Shown in pieces: positions 8,645-16,961 of a stretch of DNA of 55,247 nt. Every line of letters begins with the position of its first letter. Positions within the stretch are counted from its first letter, which is position 1. The notes beneath the pieces were generated by a model. The model was not told the DNA's origin and ran no database searches. It saw only the letters and a program-made list of their open reading frames with translations. Both the position numbers and the translations under genes were made by a program. The stretch lies in the NCBI GenBank assembly GCA_020060105.1, contig JAGVAV010000031.1:1-55247 (forward strand), in the 5' to 3' direction. This DNA comes from Candidatus Woesebacteria bacterium (GTDB lineage Bacteria > Patescibacteriota > Microgenomatia > Woykebacterales > 2-01-FULL-43-14).

Positions 8645-10355
8645 AAAGAATCGAATTGAAATCAGCATTGATCAGAAAAAACTTACCGCTTTCGAAGGGC
8701 AAACCATCTTGGAAGTCGCCGACGCTTACGGTATTGAGATTCCCACTCTATGCTCTCATCCGGATTTAACCATTAAGGCCAGTTGTCGCGTCTGTTGCGT
8801 CGAAATATTGGGTAAAGAGGCTTTCGCCCCTGCCTGCTCCACAAAGGTCGAAAACGGAATGGAAATCATCACTCTCTCCCCCGATTTAAGAAGAGCGAGA
8901 GAAATAAACCTTGAACTTATCTTTGCCCAGCACTGCCAAAAATGTCCTGACTGCATTTGGCAATTTAACTGCCAGCTTTTAAACTTGGCCCGGAAATTCG
9001 AAATTCGAATTAACAAGTTCACCGACCGAAAAATCGCTTATCCGACTTATCAGTTTGGCCCGGCAATAACCTTTGACAGTTCAAAATGCATCGACTGCCG
9101 AAACTGTGTGGAGGTTTGTGAAAAACAAAATGTAAAATTTCTGGAAGTTAAAGAAAGAGGCCATCTTTTTCAGGTTGTCCCCTCCCGAAGTGAGGAAAGA
9201 GACTGTATTTATTGCGGACAATGCGTTGTTCACTGCCCTGTTGGAGCTCTAGAAGCGGTTGGGGAATTTGAGGAAGTGGAAAAACCTCTCTGGGAACAAG
9301 GAAAGACAGTCGTTTTTCAATTCGCCCCTTCGGTTCGGTCCAGTATTGGGGAAGAATTTGGCCTACCGTACGGAACAGTCGTAACCGAAAAACTAACTGC
9401 CGCCCTTCGTAAACTAGGCGCCGATCGAGTCTTTGACGTTGGGGTGGGAGCGGATTTCACCACCGTTGAGGAAGCTAAGGAACTCCTCGAACGGTTAGAA
9501 AGCCAAAAAAACCTTCCGATGTTTACCTCTTGTTGTCCCGCCTGGGTAAGGTACGTTGAATTTTTTCACCCTGAACTAATTCCTAATTTAACGACGACCC
9601 GTTCGCCTCACATTATTCTTGGCGGCCTGATCAAAACTTATTGGGCGGAAAAAGAAAGTGTCGACCCGGAAAAAATCGTGGTCGTCTCGATTATGCCTTG
9701 CACCGCCAAGAAGTATGAAATCAAAAGAGAAGAATTAAAAATTAATGGTTTAAGACCAGTTGATCACGTTTTAACCACTCGAGAACTCGCTTATTTATTG
9801 ATTAAACACAAGATAGATTTGAAAACCATTCCTCCAGAGCCACCAGACTATCCGTTAGGTTCATCCTCCGGCGCCGGCTTGATTTACGGCGCCAGCGGAG
9901 GGGTAATGGAATCCGCTTTAAGAACGGCTTTTGAGAAGTTAACTGGCCGGAAACTCCCAAGAATTGAATTTGAAGAAGTCCGAGGTTTACAGGAAGTGAA
10001 AAAGGCAAGCATTAAAATTGGCCAGCACCAACTCTCCCTGGCAGTGGTTAATGGAACAGGCAACGCCGAAACAATCATCAACCAGTTAAAGAGCAATCCT
10101 CGAGAATATGATTACATCGAGGTCATGGCCTGTTTCGGTGGTTGTATTGGCGGAGGAGGCCAACCGGTTCCAACTAACGCCAAGATAAGGCGAGCAAGAG
10201 CGAAAGCCTTATATCAAGCGGATGCGGCCAAAGAAATCCGCCAGGCCCATAAAAATCCTGAAGTCGTCGAAGCTTACCAAAAATACTTAACGACCAAAGA
10301 AAAAATTAGCCAAGTTTGCTTAACAAAGTTTTTCCCTAAAGAAAAAGAAAACTAA
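8637..10355 (+). CDS. hydA: [FeFe]-hydrogenase catalytic subunit
   Basis: All three H-cluster motifs are present: TSCCPAW, MPCTAKKYE and EVMACFGGCIGGGGQP. The N terminus has a 2Fe-2S ferredoxin fold, an HxxxCxxCxxxxxC site and two CxxCxxCxxxCP sites. The ATG overlaps the upstream stop (ATGAATAA). Confidence 0.92.
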   Translation: MNKKNRIEISIDQKKLTAFEGQTILEVADAYGIEIPTLCSHPDLTIKASCRVCCVEILGKEAFAPACSTKVENGMEIITLSPDLRRAREINLELIFAQHCQKCPDCIWQFNCQLLNLARKFEIRINKFTDRKIAYPTYQFGPAITFDSSKCIDCRNCVEVCEKQNVKFLEVKERGHLFQVVPSRSEERDCIYCGQCVVHCPVGALEAVGEFEEVEKPLWEQGKTVVFQFAPSVRSSIGEEFGLPYGTVVTEKLTAALRKLGADRVFDVGVGADFTTVEEAKELLERLESQKNLPMFTSCCPAWVRYVEFFHPELIPNLTTTRSPHIILGGLIKTYWAEKESVDPEKIVVVSIMPCTAKKYEIKREELKINGLRPVDHVLTTRELAYLLIKHKIDLKTIPPEPPDYPLGSSSGAGLIYGASGGVMESALRTAFEKLTGRKLPRIEFEEVRGLQEVKKASIKIGQHQLSLAVVNGTGNAETIINQLKSNPREYDYIEVMACFGGCIGGGGQPVPTNAKIRRARAKALYQADAAKEIRQAHKNPEVVEAYQKYLTTKEKISQVCLTKFFPKEKEN

Positions 10356-10379
10356 TCAATAAAGTCAAAAGGAGGTTAT

Positions 10380-10892
10380 ATGGAACAAGCTCAGACAATC
10401 GCGATTACTAAAGACAGGGTCTTGGCCCTGACCCGCCTCATTGTCCTTATCGGCATTGCCACCTTCGTTCCTTTGTTGGGGCAGCAAGCGGTGGTCGGCC
10501 CAACGGTCAACGCCACTCTTTTTATCGCCACGATTCTCCTCGGACCCCACAACGCGATTTTGGTTGGCCTGACGCCCAGCGTCATTTCTCTCTCCACCGG
10601 CCTTCTCCCCCCAGTCTTGGCCCCGATGGTTCCTTTCATTATGCTTAGCAACACTATTTTGATTTTAATTTTTCACTATTTTTGGAAAAAAAGCTATTGG
10701 TCGGCGGTGGCCTTGGCAAGCGGAGTAAAATTTCTCTTTCTCTTTGGGACCAGCTCCATTGTAATTAACTTACTCTTGAAGAAAGAGGTCGCTTCAAACG
10801 TTAGTTTGATGATGAGTTGGCCGCAACTCGCCACCGCTTTAGCCGGGGGATTTATCGCTTATCTTTTCTTAAGAAGCATAAAGAAAATGTAA
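10380..10892 (+). CDS. Integral membrane protein (5-6 TM helices), function unknown
   Basis: Strong SD (AAGGAGG) 7 nt upstream. The protein is hydrophobic throughout and sits directly downstream of hydA. Confidence 0.6.
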   Translation: MEQAQTIAITKDRVLALTRLIVLIGIATFVPLLGQQAVVGPTVNATLFIATILLGPHNAILVGLTPSVISLSTGLLPPVLAPMVPFIMLSNTILILIFHYFWKKSYWSAVALASGVKFLFLFGTSSIVINLLLKKEVASNVSLMMSWPQLATALAGGFIAYLFLRSIKKM

Positions 10893-10911
10893 GAGGGTAC
10901 TGGCCATTAAT

Positions 10912-11337
10912 CTAGACACCAACACCCTCCTCGTCGCTTCCACTCAACCATCTGGGAAGCACTTCGTCAATAAGAAATAAGGCCCAACGAAGTTTTTCTT
11001 CAAGCCAAAGCTTCCCAAAGGCTTCGAGCATATTTGAAGGTCTCAGACGAAGGACCTGGGTCAAGCGGGTTCGGATTAGCTTCCGATTCCCCCGAGCCCA
11101 TCTCAGAGCCAGCAGGCAAAGTGGTCGATCTTCCGCCTCGTCTTTCAAAGCGTAAACCGCCGCTTCAACGCGACGAAAGTTATAATAAACCTCGGCGGCA
11201 AACTCGTCTGGGTCCTTGATCTCTTTTAGGGATGCTATCCTCACTTCCTTAAGGAGATCTCTCGGATCGACGGAGCCTTGTTCAGCTTCAAAGACCCGTT
11301 TCTGCGTCTGGATGATTAGACCAACCAGCCGGTTCAT
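10912..11337 (-). CDS. Hypothetical protein
   Basis: The ATG at 11337 (MNRLVGLI...) is preceded by GAAGGAGAAGAG. The longer TTG-start form at 11379 is unlikely. No recognisable domain. Confidence 0.45.
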   Translation of the reverse strand: MNRLVGLIIQTQKRVFEAEQGSVDPRDLLKEVRIASLKEIKDPDEFAAEVYYNFRRVEAAVYALKDEAEDRPLCLLALRWARGNRKLIRTRLTQVLRLRPSNMLEAFGKLWLEEKLRWALFLIDEVLPRWLSGSDEEGVGV

Positions 11338-11508
11338 TTCTCTTCTCCTTCTTCTCTTCTTTAATTGGTTAAGTTTCAAATAATTAGGCGATTAATTCAA
11401 CATCCCTCCAGGGGATAAAAAATCTGCTTTAAACCTACTGAGCGGGACCATTGCCAAAGTCATAGGCCTAGTCTAGGAATAAAAATTAAGATACACCTTA
11501 AGAAAATG

Positions 11509-11892
11509 TCAAAAGGAGGTCGCCGAAGCGATTATCCGATTCACCGAAGAGACTAATTCCTTCGGGGTAAGATCTATTTTTATCCAGTACTCCCTAACTC
11601 CAAGCTGAAATGAATCCTTGATTTTTTCCTCGTTTCCTAAATTAGAAAATATGACTACCGGGATATCTTTCGTTTCGTCTTGCAGTCTCAATCTCCTTAA
11701 AACCTCCAAGCCGTGGATCTTGGGCAAAGCCACATCTAAAAGGATAAGATCCGGCTTTTCTCCCACCAGCAGCAAACCTTCCTCTCCGTCAATAGCCACC
11801 ACGACTTCATAGCCCGCTTTAACTAAACTACGGGCGTATAGTTCTCGAATGAATAAATCATCTTCGACGAGTAGGACTTTCCTCTTTTCCAT
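11509..11892 (-). CDS. Response regulator, receiver domain only (CheY-like)
   Basis: Receiver signatures present: KVLLVEDD, DLILLDVALPKIHGLEV and an IPVVIFSN...K pattern. At 127 aa there is no output domain. Confidence 0.85.
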   Translation of the reverse strand: MEKRKVLLVEDDLFIRELYARSLVKAGYEVVVAIDGEEGLLLVGEKPDLILLDVALPKIHGLEVLRRLRLQDETKDIPVVIFSNLGNEEKIKDSFQLGVREYWIKIDLTPKELVSSVNRIIASATSF

Positions 11893-14065
11893 TTTGTTTT
11901 ACGGGTAAGGAAAAACTAAAGGTTGATCCTTTACCCACCTCCGACTCTACCCATATTTTCCCGCGGTGCATTTCTACAATCACCTTGGAAATATAAAGTC
12001 CTAAACCGGTCCCTTTAGATCCTTGTTCAATCTCGCCGGACACTCGATAAAACTTTTTAAACAAGTGGGGGAGAGCCCCCTTCGGAATCCCCTGTCCAGT
12101 ATCTTTTATGTGGGTGACTATTTTCTGACGGTCTGACTCCAGCCAAATCGTTATTTTACCGCCGGGAGCGGTATAATTTATCGAATTGCCAATAAGATTA
12201 GTTAAGACTTCGTTTATCCTTAGCTGATCAGCAAGCACTTTGGGAACTAAACCTTTAGGTTTGATAAATTTTAATCCTAGCTTCTTTTCTTTTGCCCGAC
12301 TAGCCATTTCCTCAACCACCTGCCCAACGTTTTCCACCCAGTCTTCAGCTTTAACATTTAAAGTTAATACCCCTCTTTCAATTCTGGTCACATTTAATAA
12401 GTTATCGATTAGGGATGCTAACTGCTCGGTAGAAAAGTTAATCCGGTCCAGAAACATCTTTTGCTCCGGTTCTAGCTTTTTCTCGTTCTCCTCGAGAAAA
12501 ACGGAAAGATAACCGCGAATAGAAGTCACCGGCGAACGAAGCTCATGAGCGGCCATCGAAACAAAGTCTATTTTCATTTCCTCCAGCTCTTTTTCTTTTG
12601 TCAAATCATGAATAACCACGATCGCCCCTAAACCAGATTCTCGACTGCTTTTAACGGCCGAGCTAGTCAGATTGGCAAAGAGTCTTTTATCAGGAGCGGT
12701 AACGATTTGTAAGTTTTTCTTCTGAGTGACAATATTTTCTTTTCTGGGCTTTCCAGATGGTAATAAATCTTTTGCCAAAATCTTCTTTTTATCCTCAAAG
12801 ACAGTCATGACCTCGTCAAACCGTTTATCGACTACCTCTTCCCTTCTCATTCCCGATATGGCCAAAGCCGCGGAATTAATCATCGTCACTCTCCCCTCCC
12901 AATCTAAAGCCAGAACGCCATCGTTAATCGATTCAACCACCGTCGTTAACTTGTTTCTTTCGGAGGTGACGTCAAAAAGTTCCCGAATCTTTCTGATATC
13001 GTTAGCCAAAAAAACCACGCCGGTCACCTTACCTTCGGTATCTTTCAGAGCCGAAACGGAAAAGCTAACCGGTATTTTTTCTCCGTCAACCGAAATTAAA
13101 TCCGTTTCAACTCCCCCAACTGTTTTCCCTTGCCGGACGGGAATGATAACACGATCCTGAAAAACTGGCCAGTCCTCCCCGAATAGTTTCCGAAGTTCCT
13201 GACCGATCAAATCCTCTTTCTGATAACCCAAAGTCCCGGCAGCTGTGTCGTTGGCAAATTCAACGAAGTAGTTAAGATTTGAAACGATTACGATTTCGTT
13301 CATGTTCTTAACGATACTTGTCGCTAAAACAGCGGGGTTAAGTTCAAACAACCGATGCCTCAAAATACCAAAAGTAATAATTAAACTCATAACCGAACTA
13401 AGTAAAGTGGAGGTGGGAAAAAGGACGATCCCAAAAATCGGCAAGAGGTAATGAGCTATCGGACTGCCGATAATAGGAATTAATATCGCCAAAATAAAAA
13501 TAGCCGCTTGGCGTTTTTTAACTGAGTCTCTTATTCTTAACCTATAGCTAATTAACACTCCTAAGCTGATAAAGCTGCAAACGGCGATTAGGGCCACCGG
13601 CATCCAATACAACGAGCCGGGGGAGCGCAACCAACCATAACTTAACTTCAGATAGCTTTCCGCACGGTGATCGATAATCGTGTTTGTTGTCCAGGTTAAA
13701 AGCCAAAAAATAAACGGGGGAGTAAGTAGAATAAGCCGGGAAAATGGATTTGAGAAAAACTTTTCCCGATTAACGTAAGCTAAGCTAAAACCCAGTAAAA
13801 ATGGGCCAATGAAAAACCAGCCCGGCATCTCTAAAGATTTCCAAAAATCGGCGGTCTGAGGGTAAAGACTAGAAAAAGTAAAGGCTTCAAAGATGCTGGA
13901 AGTGGTAATCCCCAAAACTAGCAGAGCAAACCAACGGCCGGCGGAAGAATACAAACCTTTTGAAAAAAGAAGGTAAAGCAACAGTAAGTTTGCCGAAGCG
14001 GCAAAAGTAGAAACGAGAGCATATTGACTAAAAGCGAGATCAAAAATAAAATTAAAACCGCTCAT
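11858..14065 (-). CDS. Multi-pass membrane sensor histidine kinase with PAS domains
   Basis: About 7 N-terminal TM helices, PAS-like segments, H-box HELRSPVTSIRGY and N/G boxes (NLIGNSINYT, DTGQGI, GTGLGL). It overlaps the response-regulator start by 35 nt. Confidence 0.88.
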   Translation of the reverse strand: MSGFNFIFDLAFSQYALVSTFAASANLLLLYLLFSKGLYSSAGRWFALLVLGITTSSIFEAFTFSSLYPQTADFWKSLEMPGWFFIGPFLLGFSLAYVNREKFFSNPFSRLILLTPPFIFWLLTWTTNTIIDHRAESYLKLSYGWLRSPGSLYWMPVALIAVCSFISLGVLISYRLRIRDSVKKRQAAIFILAILIPIIGSPIAHYLLPIFGIVLFPTSTLLSSVMSLIITFGILRHRLFELNPAVLATSIVKNMNEIVIVSNLNYFVEFANDTAAGTLGYQKEDLIGQELRKLFGEDWPVFQDRVIIPVRQGKTVGGVETDLISVDGEKIPVSFSVSALKDTEGKVTGVVFLANDIRKIRELFDVTSERNKLTTVVESINDGVLALDWEGRVTMINSAALAISGMRREEVVDKRFDEVMTVFEDKKKILAKDLLPSGKPRKENIVTQKKNLQIVTAPDKRLFANLTSSAVKSSRESGLGAIVVIHDLTKEKELEEMKIDFVSMAAHELRSPVTSIRGYLSVFLEENEKKLEPEQKMFLDRINFSTEQLASLIDNLLNVTRIERGVLTLNVKAEDWVENVGQVVEEMASRAKEKKLGLKFIKPKGLVPKVLADQLRINEVLTNLIGNSINYTAPGGKITIWLESDRQKIVTHIKDTGQGIPKGALPHLFKKFYRVSGEIEQGSKGTGLGLYISKVIVEMHRGKIWVESEVGKGSTFSFSLPVKQNGKEESPTRRR

Positions 14066-14086
14066 TAGCTGTTACCAAGATTAATC

Positions 14087-15355
14087 TTAAGAACGGGAAA
14101 ACTTTTTAGAAACCAATCGTGAGGTAAGCCAACTAAAAAGTAGTATCCCTAAGCTCACTAAAAATAGCCCCAAGGTCGGATTAGTTTCTCCGGAGTCAGG
14201 TAAAACCACCGCGTCACCCCCCTCATCTGGAGAAGGAGAACCTAGGCTTAAAACCTCAACCGAAAAACCTCTTGAATCCGATTGTCCGTTTTGGATAACC
14301 GTAACTTGGTGGTTCCCGGGATCTAGGCTTTCCGACGGGGTATAACTCCAGGTTCCATCATCGCCCACTGTTACTTGAGCCGTGATTTTTTGATTGCTCT
14401 CTATTTCAATGGTAATTGTTTCTCCCTTCTTGCCGGTTCCGGAAAAAGTTGGTCGATCTTGGGTAAACTTTTGTCCTTCGGTGGGAAATTGAATCGTTGG
14501 GGCCGAAACCTCTTTGGCCGTCTCGGCCGAAGAGGTGGTTCCCCCCGCGGCGGGGTTTAAATTCCCAAAACTAAAATTGCCCTCAGCCGAGTCGGTACTT
14601 GTCTCTGAAGGAGTCAAGGATGAGGAGGAAAAATCCCCCTCCTGGCCAAGAGTAATTGTCGGAGCGGGAGAGGCTCCCTGAACAGATAGTTTTCCGCTTG
14701 CCGAGCCTTCCGAACCGGCTTTAACCGTCACTGTTATTTGATCGTCTTCTTCAAAGTCGACATAAGTCGAAAGATCGGGCTTTCGGGCGCTACTTAGATT
14801 AACCAACCAATCTCCACTACCTCTAAGGTAGGTCGAAAGCGGCGCTCCTTTATCAAAACTTAAGTAAACCAAACCTTCTTTAGGCGGCTCACTACTTGAG
14901 GCGATAATCTTCCCGTAAGCCGGTTTTGTGTCAGGAACAGACTTGTCGGTGGTTGGCGCCGTTCGGGCTTGATAAGGCGAACCGTTATTATCATAAGTCT
15001 TTCCTTCGGAATCAATTTTAAAGTAGTAAATTTTATCCGGCTCCAAATTTTTCACCGTCACGTGGTGGGTAAACATCTTCTCTTGACCGGCCGAATCTCG
15101 ATCATCAAAAGCGGCTTTGTCCAAAGAAGAAACCGTCCCGTAAGTGACAAAGCCGACCGACGCCTTCTGAGGCGTTAACCAAGAAACGCTAAAGGAGTTA
15201 TCCGTGACGTTGGTTATCTTCAATTCTTGAGGAACGGCTGAAGGAGTGGCTTGGCTGAAAAAATTTGTTTTTTGGCTGATTAAATAAACCCCCGAAACGA
15301 TGCCGGCCAGTAAGATGATTAGTAAAAGAAAAATTAATAATTGTCTTAAACTCAT
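14087..15355 (-). CDS. Cell-surface protein with FN3 and Ig-like modules and an LPDSG sorting signal
   Basis: N-terminal signal/anchor, FN3-like module (ITNVTDNSFSVSWLT...YYFKI) and a C-terminal LPDSG (14189-14203) followed by a hydrophobic helix and a KKFSRS tail. Confidence 0.7.
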   Translation of the reverse strand: MSLRQLLIFLLLIILLAGIVSGVYLISQKTNFFSQATPSAVPQELKITNVTDNSFSVSWLTPQKASVGFVTYGTVSSLDKAAFDDRDSAGQEKMFTHHVTVKNLEPDKIYYFKIDSEGKTYDNNGSPYQARTAPTTDKSVPDTKPAYGKIIASSSEPPKEGLVYLSFDKGAPLSTYLRGSGDWLVNLSSARKPDLSTYVDFEEDDQITVTVKAGSEGSASGKLSVQGASPAPTITLGQEGDFSSSSLTPSETSTDSAEGNFSFGNLNPAAGGTTSSAETAKEVSAPTIQFPTEGQKFTQDRPTFSGTGKKGETITIEIESNQKITAQVTVGDDGTWSYTPSESLDPGNHQVTVIQNGQSDSRGFSVEVLSLGSPSPDEGGDAVVLPDSGETNPTLGLFLVSLGILLFSWLTSRLVSKKFSRS

Positions 15356-15475
15356 GGGCAGCCTTAGTCGTAACCCTAGTAACTTTCTTCCTTAATAATA
15401 AAAGCTGCCAAGCCTCAAGTCAAGACGTCGCCTCTAACCTAAGCTGGCCTAACTAAATCTAGACCCTTTCCTATC

Positions 15476-15505
15476 TTGACAACTGACTAAAAGGTCAGTT
15501 ATGAT
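15476..15505 (+). promoter_or_regulatory. lexA promoter with embedded palindromic operator
   Basis: TTGACA (15476-15481) and TATGAT (15500-15505) are separated by 18 nt. The spacer is filled by the perfect inverted repeat AACTGAC-N6-GTCAGTT (15481-15500). Confidence 0.5.
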
Positions 15506-15511
15506 AAGAGC

Positions 15512-16138
15512 ATGATTGACCGCAAAAAGGAAGAGGGTTTAACCAAAAGGCAAAAACAGACTTTGATGTTTATTTATAAATCTATCCGCTCCTGCGGTTT
15601 TCCTCCCACTTTGGAAAACCTGAGGGAAGAATTGGGGGTATCTTCAAATCAGGCCGTCTTAGATCTTTTAAAAATTCTCGAAAATAAAAAGTATATCAAG
15701 AAAAAGGAGGGAATGGCACGAGGACTGAAAATCACCCAAAAAGGCTATGACGAACTTAAGGTTTCCACCTATGTCCCAATGGTCGGGGTCACTTCTGCCG
15801 GACCTTTCATGGAAACTCTGGAACAGTATGGGGAGTGGAAACGGCTTTCAGGAGAGATAGCCAAACTAACCGACAAAGTAGGACTTTTCAAGGTTAATGG
15901 AGACTCGATGGTTGGAGCAGGAATTAACGATGGGGACATTGTGGTGGTCAAAGAAGATTCTGAATTTAAAAATGGCGATATCGTGTTAGCGAGAAATGAA
16001 GATGGAACCACGATCAAAAGATTTGTCAGCGCCAACGGTAAAACTTACCTGGCTCCAGAAAATCCTAAGTATGATAAAATTCCGATCACCCCGGAAACAA
16101 GGTTAGTGGGTAAGGTTATTTCCAAGTTGGAGATATAA
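15512..16138 (+). CDS. lexA: LexA repressor (S24 peptidase)
   Basis: N-terminal winged helix (LTKRQKQTLMFIYKSI...FPPTLENLREELGVSSNQAV), a catalytic Ser in VNGDSM and a Lys in TIKRF. Confidence 0.88.
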   Translation: MIDRKKEEGLTKRQKQTLMFIYKSIRSCGFPPTLENLREELGVSSNQAVLDLLKILENKKYIKKKEGMARGLKITQKGYDELKVSTYVPMVGVTSAGPFMETLEQYGEWKRLSGEIAKLTDKVGLFKVNGDSMVGAGINDGDIVVVKEDSEFKNGDIVLARNEDGTTIKRFVSANGKTYLAPENPKYDKIPITPETRLVGKVISKLEI

Positions 16139-16187
16139 ATGAGTACAGAAGAAGTTATGGAGCAAAAGTTTAGTCTTTGGGATAAGG

Positions 16188-16742
16188 ATGAAACATAAAA
16201 GAGAAACTGTCTATGCTTTCATAGATAGTCAAAATTTAAATTTAGGGACAAGTAAAAACATTTACCGCAGTAGGGAACTTATTTATAGAGGATGGGGGTT
16301 GGATTTCAAAAAGTTTAGAAAATATCTATCTGATAAGTTTAGAATTAAAAAAGCATTTTTATTTCTAGGTTATATTAAGCAAAATGAAGGAATGTATAGA
16401 TGTATGAAATCTTTTGGTTACGAGTTAATATTTAAGCCCACTGTTAAAGATAATCAGGGTAAACCAAAAGGCAACGTCGATGCAGAATTAGTCCTTCATT
16501 CTGCAAAAATAGAATATGAGAATTACGATAAAGCAGTTATTGTTTCAGGTGATGGGGATTTCTACTGTCTGCATGAATTCTTGAAGAAAAACAATAAATT
16601 ATTGAATATAGTTATTCCTAACCATCATTCAGAATCAAGTTTATTAAGAAAATTTCAAGAACACAAAATCTTTTTGTATCGAGAGAAAGATAATTTGGAA
16701 TTAGAGCATAAAAAGTGGGAGGCGTCGCACATAGACACGTAG
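16188..16742 (+). CDS. NYN (LabA-like, PIN-related) domain protein, putative RNase
   Basis: VYAFIDSQNLNLG at the N terminus, DAELV and VIVSGDGDFYCL together match the NYN acidic-residue pattern. The gene is AT-rich like the adjacent cas genes. Confidence 0.65.
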   Translation: MKHKRETVYAFIDSQNLNLGTSKNIYRSRELIYRGWGLDFKKFRKYLSDKFRIKKAFLFLGYIKQNEGMYRCMKSFGYELIFKPTVKDNQGKPKGNVDAELVLHSAKIEYENYDKAVIVSGDGDFYCLHEFLKKNNKLLNIVIPNHHSESSLLRKFQEHKIFLYREKDNLELEHKKWEASHIDT

Positions 16743-16961
16743 TCTATGGGTCGTATTCTCCCTAGTGATTAATTAAAATTATACTTGATTTTTCGAAGAT
16801 AGTCAAGATATCAAGCGGGCACCCACTCCTGAAACACGTTCTCGATTACAATACTCGCAAATTTTAATCTACGACGTAACGACCTTTTTGGGAATTGTTG
16901 TTTTGAAATGGTTTTTGAACAAGATTAGTTGGCAAAGTTATTTATAAGCTGGAGGTTTAAA

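Noticed and set aside
16139-16198. 19-codon ORF (MSTEEVMEQKFSLWDKDET) between lexA and the NYN gene, considered as a candidate antitoxin or leader peptide
   Set aside because: It is too short, has no SD and overlaps the NYN start. Nothing distinguishes it from chance.
16860-16890. Possible tracrRNA anti-repeat or degenerate repeat upstream of cas12a (aATCTACgacGTAacg)
   Set aside because: Only the 6-nt ATCTAC, plus GTA, matches the reverse complement of the repeat. There is no extended complementarity, and Cas12a systems do not need a tracrRNA.
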